Below are positions 51,421-64,000 of a DNA stretch of 64,000 nucleotides, in pieces. The stretch's first letter is position 1; every line of letters begins with the position of its first letter. Source of the stretch: Eledone cirrhosa (taxonomy: Eukaryota); contig OZ024741.1 in NCBI GenBank assembly GCA_964016885.1, forward strand, positions 391,902,001-391,966,000. The letters are read 5' to 3'. The position numbers and the translations under genes were made by a program. Below the pieces are notes generated by a model. That model ran no database searches and had not been told where the DNA came from. It was given only the letters and a program-made list of their open reading frames with translations.

Positions 51421-52398
51421 GAAAATAGCAAGTTTGGCTTTTACATCTACCTCCTTTCTCTGAGTAAATGCTGAGGATGGACAAAGAGTTATTAAAACAT
51501 TGAAAATGCACTGATTTTCTAGGGTTAGTTTTATCAATATAAACAGTGTGACTCCAACATAGAGGGTTAGTTGATCAATGGAACTACACTCTCATTGAAT
51601 TATAATGTAAGTGGGTGACATATCCTCAATATAATCTTCAGATAGAATCAGTGTGACACTACATGCGACAAAACTGGCCCTTTGAATTACATATATAGTC
51701 ATTCTAATGGGTTTTCAGTTTCCATGTAATCAGTGTATTTCACAATGTCTGGTTTGACCTAAAATTATCATAAAAGACACTTTCATAAAATGCGCAGAAG
51801 AATCAGACCTGCAACCTCATGATACTGAAGTGAACTTAAATCATTTGGCCAAGTAGTCTAATAAGACAATGATGAAGCTGCTACATGGTTACTTGACTTG
51901 CTAGAAATAACAGCCATGACACCTCTATTGTCTTATTGAATGTTTTTATCATATGTCAGATTGAACAAGACTGGCCTACAGCTATACAATGGAAGTTGGT
52001 AAAAAGACAACATAAAAGAAACAGGAAATATCTTTCAATTGTCAAAAACTTTGTTTTGAAACACACACACATAGTGTGCAAATAGGAAGCAATTTTTAAA
52101 AATATTAACAACGTAACAAAAAGCACTTGGTCCACCCTGTAAGGTGGTTATGCTGGTGGCATGAAAATGAATCCAGTCAGTTGGTCATTTTAGTGCCACA
52201 ATAAAAGGCACCCAGTACACGATCAAAGGCATTCTGCTATGACCATCTCGTTTTTTTGGGAAATATCTAGGACTACATTAGTTAATGTGTATCCTTCATT
52301 TTTATAAGATAGATCTGGCTACTATTTCTACCAGATTGAGTGGGTAAGAAGAGATTTCTTTTTTGGCTCATACTTTCAATATTTCTTTTAAATGTGCA

Positions 52399-53284
52399 TA
52401 GAAATAGTAGACAGCTTCTGCTACCTAGGTGACCGAATTAGCAGCGGAGGTGGGTGTTCAGAAAGTACAATAACTAGGGTAAGAACGGGATGGAAGAAGT
52501 TTAGGGAAGTACTACCACTGCTAGCTGTAAAAGGCTTCTCCCTCAGAATGAAAGGCAGACTGTATGATGTGTGTATCCGAACAGCGATGTTGCATGGTAG
52601 TGAGACCTGGGCGCTGAAGGTGGGAGACTTACGGAGATTAGAGAGAAACGAAGCCTATATGCTCCGATGGATGTGTAACAGTAATATACGTGAACGACAA
52701 AGCATAAATGAATTGAGAGAGAGACTGAGCATAAGAGGAATCAAATGCTGTGTGCAGGAGAGGCGGTTGCGCTGGTATGGACATGTGATGCGTATAAAGG
52801 ATGCATAAAAAGGTGCAGAGCACTAGAAGTTGATGGAAACCGCGGTGTGGGGAGACCCAAGATGACCTGGGATGAGGTGATAAAAGCCGACCTTACCCAA
52901 TTACACCTCTCAAAGACAATGACACACGACCGTGACTTCTGGCGTCACGCAGTAATACAGAGTACCCGACCTCCCATGGGTACAAGCTGAAGCATATAGA
53001 CAACATGCCCCCACCGCAAGGTGGTCGTGGAGGTGCCACGGCAAAAAAGCACCCAGCCCACACTGTAAAGTGGACGTGTAGGCGCCACGAAAAAGCACCC
53101 AGCACTCACTGTAAATGAGGTTGGTGTTAGGAAGGGCATCCAGCTGTAGAAATCAAGCCAAATCAGTTCCTGTATGAGCAAGGCATGGTCAGCCGACCAG
53201 ACACTGCCCACAACAGGACAACCCATCTAACCCATGCTAGCGTGGAAGAACGGACGTAAAACGGTGATGATGATGATGATGATG
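52399..53284 (+). mobile_element. RTE LINE 3' fragment
   Basis: VDSFCYLGD..GSETW..RRLRWYGHV..GRPKMTW plus 3' UTR and (GAT)n. Confidence 0.95.
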
Positions 53285-54059
53285 TGTGTGTCTGTGATAC
53301 AAAGTTCTTTCCAAGTATAGTGGATGTAGGCATGGCTGAGAGGATAAGAACTTGGCTTTGCAATCATGAAGTCTTCGGTTCAATCCCATTGCTTAGTATC
53401 TTGGCAAAGTGTCTTTACTATAAGCCTTGCATCAACCCAAACTTTGTGAGTGGAAATAGGTAAAAGCTTGTCAGATAAATTGTCACATTGTGTAACACTG
53501 ATATGGCTTCAGAATTATGTTAAGGATGTACATGTCTGAAATACTCAGGCATTTATGTTAATTTAATGAGCAAGATCAGAAGATCATATTGCTAAAATAT
53601 GTTGACAAAGAAGGTAAGGAGAAGTTGGATTTCTATAATAGCTGATGATGTGGCATCATGGTAGATGAAAACTATGACAATATTGATTCAACATCGTCAT
53701 CATTGTTTAATGTCTATTTTCCATGTTAGATGAGTGCTGGGGCTAAACTGATCAAGTGACTGGGTCCTGCTCATATGCTGTTTTGGTTTGGTTTCTATGG
53801 CTGGTTGCCCTTCCTAATAAAAACCACTTTACAAAGTGCACTGGGAGTATTTTTGTTGTGACTCTGGTACTACCACCTACAGAGTGGACTGGTTGCTTTA
53901 ATTCATGGCACCAGCATTACCTCATTACAGCACTAGGTTGCTCAGTGTACTTGGTCTTGCTGGGAAGGCATGATTATTAGGCAAATAACTAAAATGAAAT
54001 ATTTACTTGGTTTCCTGAATATTTGAAGTAAGTTTAAAATTTTTAGAAAATCCATCCTC

Positions 54060-54685
54060 CACCCCCCGGCACACAGTACCCCCTCTCCGAGACTCCAGAG
54101 CTGCAACCATTAATGTAGGGATATTGAAAGGTATGTCAGTTGAGATTGTGGAGATGCTTGAGCAAAAGAAAGTGAATGTATGTTGTATACAAGAGACTAA
54201 GCAGAGAAGAGAATCTTCTAGACTCTTAGTAGGCAGAAAACGTTTTAAATTCTTCTGGAAAGGTTATGACAGCAGGCTTGGCGGAGTACATATGCTAGTA
54301 GAAAAATGGGTGGACAAGGTAATCACTGTATATAGAATAAATAGCAAAATCATTTTACTTAAACTCATCCTAAATACAACAACAGTATGAATCATGTCTG
54401 TTTATGCACCCCAATCTTGACTGCCAGACAAAAAGACTTGTTCTATAAATCCCTAATACACGCAACCTCCCAAACCAAAAATGGTGACTTCACCATTATT
54501 GCAAGCGACTTCAATGGACATGTGGGGGTGCAAAACGAAGGATACTATGGGGTCCATGGAGGCTTCGGGTTTAGAATAAGAAATGAGAAAGGAATTCTGC
54601 TACACCAACAAAATGCCTATCTGCAATACAAACTTTAAGAAACCAGCAAACCAACTTATCACAATAGACGTTAAACGATGATGAT
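54060..54685 (+). mobile_element. RTE APE-domain fragment joined to a (GAT)n tail
   Basis: INVGILKG, CCIQETK, ASDFNGHVG, HGGFGF motifs. Confidence 0.85.
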
Positions 54686-54896
54686 ATAAAAACAAACACA
54701 CAGATATTTAGAAATCTCAATTGAAATACATTTGAATATGTCACAGTAATGAACAGTTTAATTTAAAACGAGAATTACAGAAGCAGTTATATATGTTAAT
54801 GAGGTTTATGTTAAAAAAGTCCATTCTAAATATAGATTATTATGTTTTATTTTTAGTAAACAATTATAAAAAGAAAAAGAAATAGTTCAAACACTT

Positions 54897-55053
54897 TTAA
54901 TAACTGCGGCCAAACAAAGTAAAATATTGTGCTTTCTTTTTGCAATCGGGGTGGATACATAAAGTAGAAGGCTTAAGTTCAGCAGGTTGTTTAAATGGAA
55001 TACATAACCCTTTGGCACCCATGGATGGAGCTCCTTCTTCGACAACTGCATCC
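54897..55053 (-). CDS. EPRS1: EPRS terminal exon
   Basis: [14 protein letters not shown]...YFTLFGRSY*, the hallmark eukaryotic ProRS C-terminus. Confidence 0.96.
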
Positions 55054-55356
55054 CTGAAGAAGTAAAAATAAATCAGTAATTTAATTAGCACATTTAAGAG
55101 GATTAAACAGTATAAGGTCAACTATTTTACGAAGTGTACTGAGTGCATTTCACCGTGGCACCAACACTACAGAAGTTATTTATATTTAAATAAAAACCTT
55201 CCATCATAATATTTTGTGTAAGAATCGTTAAGATATGCTCCAAACACCAGTTGAATATAGTTATATTACTAAATTTTTCCAAATTCTTAATTACTTAAAA
55301 ATTATAGGCAGTGTCTTTGATTAGAAATATGATAACAAAAAAGTAAAATGATATAC

Positions 55357-55500
55357 CTTGCGCTGTCTTTCTTTATTTTGTCTTCACAACTTATTTCCCC
55401 ACAAAATGGAGATTGAATGATTTTCTTCTGATCAAGGGAGTTACAGAAATCATTCCAGCTATATGAGACACAGAGATAGTCATCTAGGTCTTTCTTGGCA
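55357..55500 (-). CDS. EPRS1: EPRS penultimate exon
   Basis: AKKDLDDYL...IIQSPFCGEISCEDKIKKDSA; phases match the flanking exons. Confidence 0.93.
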
Positions 55501-56019
55501 CTGATAAACACAAAGCATAAATGTAATCAATAATTTAAAGAAAAACATTTGGAAATAATACAGATTTACATAAAAAATATTTACCTTGTCTTATTTTTTT
55601 TCTCTTTATAAAGTTGAGTTGTTCTGTAAAATTGCTCAGACAATATTTCTAGTATTAAAAATTTCCTTTCTTAATACATTGTTTTAAACCTAACACCACA
55701 TTGGCAATCATATATAATCAACACAATGTTTTTACCATCAATTCACACAATATATCAAAGTTTTGAGTTTTGAGTTGTAACAACCAGACACTTTTGATTT
55801 CCTACTACTACTACTACTACACCATCATCATGATGTCTACTTTACCATGCTAGTATGGGTTTGGATATAACTTTTTTGAAGCAGTATTCAATGAATTGAT
55901 GCTCTTGTTTTTAATTAAGGTATTGATCTTCACAAGTTAAACTAATAAGCTTCAGAGCATAAACAAATGTTACTGCCTCTGCATACAGTGTCAAATGTGA
56001 AGTGAAGACAACACAGACT

Positions 56020-57300
56020 TCATCATCTTGGTAGGCAACTTCAATGGACATGTTGGAAAGTATCAGGATGGATTCACTGGAGTTCACGGCAGCTATGGTT
56101 ATGGATTAAGAAATAAAGGAGTGAGGCTCCTGGAATTCTGTCATGTAAATGAACTAACCATTTGAAACACAAATTTCAAGAAACCAGCTAGCCATCTGAT
56201 TACATACCAATCAGGCAAATATACAAGTTAGATTGATTTCTTACATTAAATCCAAGAGACAGGCATGGAAAGACTGGAAAAATGGAGGTAGCAGAGACTG
56301 GTACCAAGTAGCTAAGAGAGAAGCTAGATGACAAGTATATGCAGTTTAGAGAAAGGCTGAAAAAGAAAAAGTTTACCAATGTCTTGATGTCTTGCGATGT
56401 GGGACCAGTGACATGAAGTGTTCTGCATTGCAAGGCAGTGTGAATTGGGATATAGTTGGGGAAAAATGTGTTACAAAATATTCTGGTGCAATTAGCACCA
56501 CTGATGCTCAAAGAAAGAGGCCTGGAAATGCTACTATGAGAAGCTGATGAATGCAGAGAATAACCCATGCTAGCGTGGAAAATGGACGTTAAACGATGAT
56601 GATGATGAATGGGAGGAAGAGAGACTACCCTCAATTTACCCGATAAAAGGACTAGCTATTGAAGTTGAAAGTTTTAGGGTCAAAGAAGAAATTAAGGAAA
56701 TGAAGAATGGCAAAGCTGTGAGACCATCAGAGATAGTTGCTGAGATGCCAAAAGCATTGGAAGTAGTAGTTGAACTAGTAACACAGACAATCTATCAGGT
56801 AATACAGGACAGAGTCATACCCAATGACTGGCGCAACAGTACAATCATAAATTGCAACAAGGGCAAAGGAGAAAGGAGCAACTATAGAGGACCAAGTTAT
56901 GAAAGTGACAGCACAACTAATTAGAGAAAGAGTCAAATTAGATGAGATGAAGTTTGGTTTCATGCCCGGGAAAAGTACTACAGATGCCTTCTTTTTAGTG
57001 ATACTACAAGAAAAGTTCCTAACCAAGAATAAGCTGTGATATTTAGCTTTTGTTGATCTAGAAAAGGCCTTTCACAGAATACCTCAAACTATTATCTGGT
57101 GGTCTTTAAGAAAATAAGATGTAGAAGAATGGCTTGTGAGAGCCATACAAGCCATGTACAGAGGAGCTGTCAGTCAAGTGAGAGTAGGAAGTGATTTTAG
57201 TGAGGAATTCAGGGTTCGGCTAGGAGTCCACCAGGGTTCAGATTTTAGCCCACTGCTATTCATCATAGTTCTCTAGGTCATAACAGAGGAGTTTAAAACT
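56020..57300 (+). mobile_element. Decayed RTE fragments in an EPRS intron
   Basis: GNFNGHVG, MKNGKAV, KFGFMPGKSTTDA, DLEKAF, GVHQGS remnants. Confidence 0.85.
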
Positions 57301-57597
57301 TCCTAACACCAACCTCATTTACAGTGAGGGCTGGGTGCCTTTTTTCCGTGGCACCTACACGTCCACTTTACAGTGTGGCCTGGGTGCTTTTTTTGCCGTG
57401 GCACCTACACGACCACTTTGCAGTGGAATGATATGGACCCCAGTCCTTATCATCTCATTTCTACAGCTGAGTAAACTGGAGCAATGTGAAATAAAGTGTC
57501 TTGCTCAAGGAAACAACACATCACCCGGTCTGAGAATTGAACTCACAACCTTTCGATTGCAAGGCCAATGCTCTAACCACTAAGCCATGTGCCTCCA
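57299..57597 (-). mobile_element. tRNA/CORE-like/RTE-tail SINE
   Basis: Reverse complement of the 2683-3021 family. Confidence 0.85.
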
Positions 57598-57814
57598 TAT
57601 GTAGAAAAAGAGTAGGCATAAACTCCATACAATATACATAATGTGGTTGGGCCTTTAATCACCAGAGGTGAATTTAAGTTCAAAGTGGAAAAGTGTTTTT
57701 AAAATTTTTGAAAATTTGAAAGAAAAAAAATGGATAAATGCCCACCGCCCCACAAATGAAATAAAAACTCCCAGCGCCCCCTTTCAACACAACAGCGCCC
57801 ACATTGGGAAACAC

Positions 57815-58750
57815 TGCTCTAGACAGAGAAAACCATAGAGGCATTAAGTTTGTTGACTAGGTCATGAAGGTTATCAAGAGTCATCGCACAGCTGATTAGG
57901 GACCAAATTAACCTCAACAAAATGTAGTTTAGATTTGTGCCAGGTAAAAGTACCACGGATGCCTTCTTCCTCATAAGGCAACTGCAGAAGTACCTAGCTA
58001 AAAGTAAACCCCTCTACATAGCTTTTGTTGACTTGGAGAAAGCCTTTGACAGAGTCCCTGGTACCATTATCTGGTGGGCTCCTAGAAAACTAGGAGTAGA
58101 TGAGTGGCTTGTGAAAACTGTACAAAGAAATGAATGCTCCAACGGATGTGTAATAGTAATATACATGAACGGCAAAGTGTAAATGAACTAAGAGAGAAAT
58201 TAGGTATAAGAGGGATCAGATGCAGTATGCTAGAGAGGAGATTGTGTTGGTATGGTCTTGTGATGCATATGAAGGATGACAGTTGTATAAAAAGGTGCAG
58301 GGCAATTAAAATTGATGGAAGCTATAAAGTAGGAAGACCCATGAAGACCCGGGACGAGGTGATAAAAGCTGACCTTGCACAATTGCACCTCTCAAAGACA
58401 ATGACACAGGATCAAGATCTTGGCGTTATGTCGTAATACAGAAGACATGCCCTTCCCATGTGCACAGACTGAAACATACATCTAATAGGCACCTCTTAAC
58501 CTCTATACCCTTACACTGTGAACAAAATATATCCAGCCCAAATTTTAAAGTGGTCATATGGGTGTCATGACAAAAAGCACCCAGCCCGCATTGTAAATGT
58601 GGTTGGTGCTAGGAAGGGCATCCAGCCGTAGAAACCTAGCCAGAAACAGTTCTTTATGAGTAAAACACAGTCACCTGACTCAATTTACCTCGAATAGGAC
58701 AACCCGTCTAACCCATGGTAACGTGGAAAATGGGTGTATGATGATGATAA
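57815..58750 (+). mobile_element. Internally deleted RTE 3' copy
   Basis: RT N-terminal part joined directly to the C-terminus and 3' UTR. Confidence 0.85.
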
Positions 58751-59424
58751 TAATAGGTGCTGGAGGGAATCATTCGTCACCAAAATAATTCATATTCATA
58801 ACCATACATCTGTCTTTCTTCTCAATAAGAATAAAGTCAATTTGACAGTCACAGTACAATTTGACTGGTACAGTGAACTTTTAAATAAAATTACTGAAGA
58901 TGTCTTAATTTGGCTTATGGGGAATACTATTTAAGATATGAAGAAATAAAAGCATCTTCTGGTTTCTAAATTTTTCAAAAATTAAATACTCAGTACAAAA
59001 TTAATAAAAGTACTTTATAGAAAGAAAGCAATATATTGATATTCAACCATTGCATTTTATATTAATGAGGCAGCGTATTGGCAGAATCGTTAAAACGTCA
59101 GATAAAGTGCTTTGTAGTATTCGTTCCAGCTTTCTGCTCTCTGTTTAAATCCCGCTGAGATCAACTTTGCCTTTCATCTATTCGAGGTTTATAAAAAAAA
59201 GTACCAGTGTAGTAATGGGGTCAATTCTTCTACTATATCTCTTTCTCATTTCCTTTTTCTCACTCTCTATCCTTTTCTGTAAGAAATCTGCTGTACTCAG
59301 GCCAGGAGAGGGGTTGGGCTCTGCCAGGTTTAAAAAATGCTTTAAGAAAAGAAGTATGTCAATATGGCACCCTATGACTCCCTAGGAGTTACAGGTCCAT
59401 ACCATACCATATTTTAGTACTTAC

Positions 59425-59585
59425 TTGGCAAATAAATTGTCCTGAATTGTATCTAGTAATTCTTGGGTTTTCTTACTAGCATCATCATTTGTGATCTCGA
59501 CCTTTCCACCAGTATCTCTTCTTACAGCAACAAATTGGTTTTGTTTCATGTCACGAGGACCAATTTCAATACGAATTGGGACGCC
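59425..59585 (-). CDS. EPRS1: EPRS exon
   Basis: GVPIRIEIGPRDMKQNQFVAVRRDTG...; follows a 109-nt intron; GTAAGT donor, phase 2. Confidence 0.95.
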
Positions 59586-59694
59586 CTTCCAAAGAAAAAA
59601 AAACAAAAAAAACATATTACTCTCAAAGAAAAGAAAATGGAGAGAGTGAAAGAGAAAGAAAGGAAGATAATATTTAACTAAAACATGAAAATAC

Positions 59695-59868
59695 CTTAAG
59701 TTCCCAATGGTTAAATTTCCAGCCAGGGGAGTAATTATCTCGTAAGTCAGCTTTTGAACGAATGCCATTCTGTTTCAAAGTTTTATTTAAATTTTCACAC
59801 ACGTCTAGGAGTTTGGAGCGACTTTCAGAATCTAAGCTGGCTGTTATCCCACATGGAACAATCACTAC
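59695..59868 (-). CDS. EPRS1: EPRS exon (anticodon-binding domain)
   Basis: VVIVPCGIT...ADLRDNYSPGWKFNHWELK; CAG acceptor, GTATT donor. Confidence 0.95.
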
Positions 59869-60093
59869 CTGTGATAAGAAATTAAAAGAGAAAGACCATT
59901 TAGTTTTCTAAATCAGTTTGAATTCATATTATTGGTTGGGGCAGCAACTTTATAGATAATTTGTTTGAAAATTACTGCTCAAATGGTAATATTTTCAAGA
60001 AATAGAAATTGAGTGAACTCCTTATGCAGACTTCCTCAGTCTGTCTAGCTAAGTATCTCCCTTATTTTATAGTAAGTAAATTTAATTTCAACA

Positions 60094-61398
60094 TAAGTAG
60101 ACGAGAAAACAGAACCCAGATCCCCTCAGGGAAATGGCCTTGCTCAGTATGTAGGAAAGGTGTAGGTAGGAACTCCATCCTCTGCCCCAAATGCAAACTA
60201 CTGGTACACAAGAGATGTAGTGGGATCCCAGGAAGCTTAGTTAATAATTGTTTCTACTTTAGGCACAAGGCCAGCAATTACCCAGGGCATTACTGGTACT
60301 TTATTTTATCGACCCCGTAAGGATGAAAGGCAAAGTCAACCTCGGCGGGATTTGAACTCAGATCGTAAAGGGACGGAACTATGCTGGAAAGCATGGCGTC
60401 CGACCCTCTACTGATACTGCCAATCCACCGCCTTAGTTAATAATGTAGTCTTTACATGTAGCAGCTGCACCAAGACAACAAGCAGCAAACGACCACAGGA
60501 AACAAGCACCACCAAACTCTGGGAGGGCTCTGTAGAAACAGTAGACAGCTTCTGCTACCTAGGTGACCAAATTAGCAGTGGAGGAGGGTGTTCTGAAAGT
60601 ACAGTAACCAGGGTAAGAATGGGATGAAAGAAGTTCAGGGATCTACTGCCACTGTTAGCTGCAAAAGGCTTTTCCCTCAAAATGAAAGGCAGACTTTTTG
60701 ATGCGTGTATACAAACAGCAATGTTACATGGAAGTGAAACCTGGGCGCTGTGTGTAGAAGACTTGCGCAGATTAGAAAGAAATGAAGCTTACATGGTCCG
60801 ATGGATGTGTAATAGTAATATACGTGAACAGCAAAGCATAAACGAACTGAGAGAGAGACTGAGCATAAGAGGAATCAAATGCTGTGTGCAGGAGAGGAGG
60901 TTGTGTTTGTATGGACATGTGATGCACATGAAGGATGACAGCTGCATAAAAAGGTGCAGAGCACTAGAAGTCGATGGAAGCCGTGGAGTGGGGAGACCCA
61001 AGAAGACCTGGGATGAGGTGATAAAAGCCGACCTTACCCAATTACACCTCTCAAAGGCGATACAGAAGATCCAACTTCCCACGGGTACAAGCCGAAGCTG
61101 AAGCATATAGACAACATGCTCCCATCCCCTCCCACTGCAAAGTGGTCGTGGAGGTGTCACAACAAAAAAGCACTCAGCCCACACTGTAAAGTGGTCATGT
61201 AGGGGCCTCGGAAAAAAGCACCCAGCACTCACTGTAAATGAGGTTGGTGTTAAGAAGGGCACCCAGTTGTAGAAACCAAGCCAAAATCAGTTCCCATATG
61301 AGCAAGACAAGGCCACCCAACTGGGCACTGCCCACAACAGGACAACCCGTCTAACCCATGCTAGCGTGGAAGAATGGACGTAAAATGATGATGATGAT
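60094..61398 (+). mobile_element. RTE 3' copy interrupted by a SINE (60249-60431, minus strand)
   Basis: PHD-like finger to 3' UTR; the SINE is flanked by the TSD CTTAGTTAATAAT. Confidence 0.92.
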
Positions 61399-62499
61399 AA
61401 TTAAATAGTAAGAAAAAATAAAGATGGTAATAACTTTCCAATTAGACAGGCTTAGTAATGTACATGACAGCACAGACCAATGCTTTTTGAAGAGTTAGGA
61501 TGGAGAAAATCCTTCAGTTGTGTCAAGGGTACGACAAACGAAGGAGCGAGAAGATAATTCAGCTGTGTCAAAGACATGATACCTCCCTAGTGTTGGTGAT
61601 CTATATGATAAACACACCTAGTACACTCAGTAAAGCAGTTGGTGAAAAGAAGAGCACCCAGCTGTAGAAAATCTGCCAAATGAAGAGTTGGGATGACTCT
61701 TCAGCTGTGTCAAAGACATGACAACCTTCTTAGAGCTGGTGCTACAAAATGCACTCAGTAAGTGAGATGTGCGTCCTTGACCCGCCTGAGCACTTGGCAG
61801 GATGCAGGAATGTAAATAAGTGAGATGCATGCTCTTGGCCCATTTGAGAGGTCAGTGACAGCTCATCCAACATTTGCTAACAGGGAAAACAAACATTGAA
61901 TGATGATGATGATATATACACAGTGGTTAGGAAAAGCATCCAGCCATAGAAACATGCACAAAATGTGAATGAGACATGGTCCACCAAGCCATCAAAGAGG
62001 GTGGTAATTCTGAATAGAAATTGACATAGACTGTGATGACTTGCCTAGCCAATGCCAGCATGGAAAATAGATATAAGATGATTACATATACACACACAAG
62101 AATTAAAAATAATATTACTTTACATGAGATGATAAATTTAATCTCATATAATTGAGTTCATCAAAGACTTGTAGTTGAAATCTGCTTGACATTGTCTTTT
62201 GTTACTTAATACCAAACAAAGTACTGAGGTAGATATAATTGACTAAAATCTCTTGAAGACAGTTCCCCAATCACAAAAGACTACATTAACCTAATTATAT
62301 TAGGAAGTTTTGTAGTACTATTATACAATATTGACTAATTTATTGAACAGTGAAATACAAAATGAAAAAAGAACCCCCCCCCCCCACTCAAATTTTCAAG
62401 ATAAATATATTAGATAGAAAAAAAGAAAAAAAAAGAGGATTGACTTGACAATTACTGAAACTAATTTTCACACTGATGTAATATGGTTGGCATTAGTGA

Positions 62500-62940
62500 A
62501 GGCGCATGGCTCAGTGGTTAGCGCAATGGGCTTGCGGTCGAAAGGTTGTGAGTTCAATTCTCAGACCGGGTGATGTGTTGTTTCCTTGAGCAAGACACTT
62601 TATTTCACATTGCTCCAGTTTACTCAGCTGTAAAAATGAGATGATAGGACTGGGGTCCCTATCATTCCACTGCAAAGTGGTTGTGGAGGTGCCACGGCTA
62701 AAAAGCACCCAGCCCACACTGTAAAGTGGACGTGTAGGTGCCACGGAAAAAAAGCACGCATCACTCACTGTAAATGAGGTTGGTGCTAGGAAGGGCATCC
62801 AGCTGTAGAAATCAAACCAGAATCAGTTCCCGTATGAGCAAAACAAGGTCAGCCGACTGGACACTGCCCACAACAGGACAACCCGTCTAACCCATGCTAG
62901 CATGGAAGAACGGACGTAAAACGATGATGAGGATGATGAT
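62500..62940 (+). mobile_element. tRNA/CORE-like/RTE-tail SINE, long-tail variant
   Basis: A box TGGCTCAGTGG, B box GAGTTCAATTC; full RTE-like tail ending in (GAT)n. Confidence 0.88.
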
Positions 62941-63103
62941 CCAGTCGTAGAAAACCAAGCCAAAGTCGTGATCACCTGAGTTGACTAGTTACATAACTAA
63001 CAACCTGTCTAACCCATACAAGCATGGAAAATGTTAAACAGTGATGATGATGATGATGTATATATAAATATATGTAAATGTTGAGTGGGTTAAGATTGTT
63101 ATG

Positions 63104-63315
63104 AAATGTAGAAAATCTAAAATGCAGTAAATAACTGTGAACATAGTTGATTGTTATAAATGATAGCTTAAAAGATTGGATAAAATAACCCTATAGATGG
63201 AAAAAGTAGCCAATTTTTCCATCTATAGGGATATTTTGTCTGATTTTTAAGGTATTATTTATAGCAATCAACCGTATTCACAGTTATTTACTGCATTTCA
63301 GATTTTCTACATTTC
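63104..63315. repeat. Long palindromic hairpin (~100-bp arms, ~8-nt loop)
   Basis: GAAATGTAGAAAATCT...CCCTATAGATGGAAAAA pairs with TTTTTCCATCTATAGGG...AGATTTTCTACATTTC. Confidence 0.85.
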
Positions 63316-63602
63316 CTAAGAATATAATATATATACATATATAACTATGTGTAACTGGTTTAGAATAGGGACACTGTATCCCTGTACTCCATGTTATAAG
63401 AAGTGACTAAAAGAGTTACGAAGGTCATCTGGCAATAAAACATTGCCTCAAAAAGTCTCATCCAAACAATGCCAATATGATCTAAAAATTGATGACAATG
63501 ATGATTGAAAACTCTTTTGTAAATAAAAATGAGAGGGAAAATATTGATAATTATTGATTTGGATAGAGAATTGATGTAAATATTATAACAATAGTGACTA
63601 AC

Positions 63603-63797
63603 CTGTATAGAAGCAACTCTAGGTGGTAGTACCAAACCAATATTATCTCCATGGACCATACACATAACTCCAATTGTCCGAGTAGTTAAACCCCAAGAAT
63701 TCTGGTAAACATATACTTTTTCTTGAGTTTCAGGATGCTCAAACTGAATATCAAACATCTTTGAAAAATTCTGTCCTAAATGATGTGAAGTTGCTCC
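63603..63797 (-). CDS. EPRS1: Glutamyl-prolyl-tRNA synthetase, ProRS catalytic-domain exon (gene enters from the right edge)
   Basis: [15 protein letters not shown]...[34 protein letters not shown] (class II motif 3 region); AG/GT bounded, 195 nt. Confidence 0.95.
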
Positions 63798-64000
63798 CTA
63801 TTGATATAAATAACATGAGAAAAAGTTAAAACCATTAAAGATTTTGGTTACAATAATTATCTCAGACATTCAAAATATTACAGGCACCCTGTCCACTCTG
63901 TAAAGTGGTCGTGTTGGTGACATAACAAAAAGCACCTGGTTCACCCTTTAAGGTGGTTGTGCTGGTGACATGATGAAAAAGTACCCAGTGCAACGTGTCC

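Overview
Repeat-rich, AT-rich animal genomic DNA. It is most likely from an octopus or other coleoid cephalopod; this is inferred from the style of the C2H2 zinc-finger gene, the tRNA-SINE/RTE repeats and the (TA)n/(CA)n load. Four host genes were reconstructed by hand from splice sites and protein similarity. (1) The 5' part of PUS10 (minus strand, 7 exons, runs off the left edge). (2) A complete 4-exon C1orf198/DUF4706 homologue (plus strand, ~444 aa), head-to-head with PUS10. (3) A gene with a single coding exon for 19 C2H2 zinc fingers (plus strand). (4) The last 5 exons of the ProRS region of EPRS (minus strand, enters from the right edge). The rest is mostly mobile DNA: about ten decayed copies of one RTE LINE family with a PHD-like finger, three kinds of Penelope-like element with hammerhead-like motifs, CR1 and CRE fragments, two mariners, non-autonomous Helitrons, SINEs and foldbacks. 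The most striking signal is a ~600-bp RTE fragment at 37471-38066 with dense, one-directional A>G changes on the + strand. This is the signature of ADAR A-to-I hyper-editing present in a DNA sequence. It is either a reverse-transcribed edited antisense RNA fixed in the genome, or RNA-derived sequence that entered the assembly.
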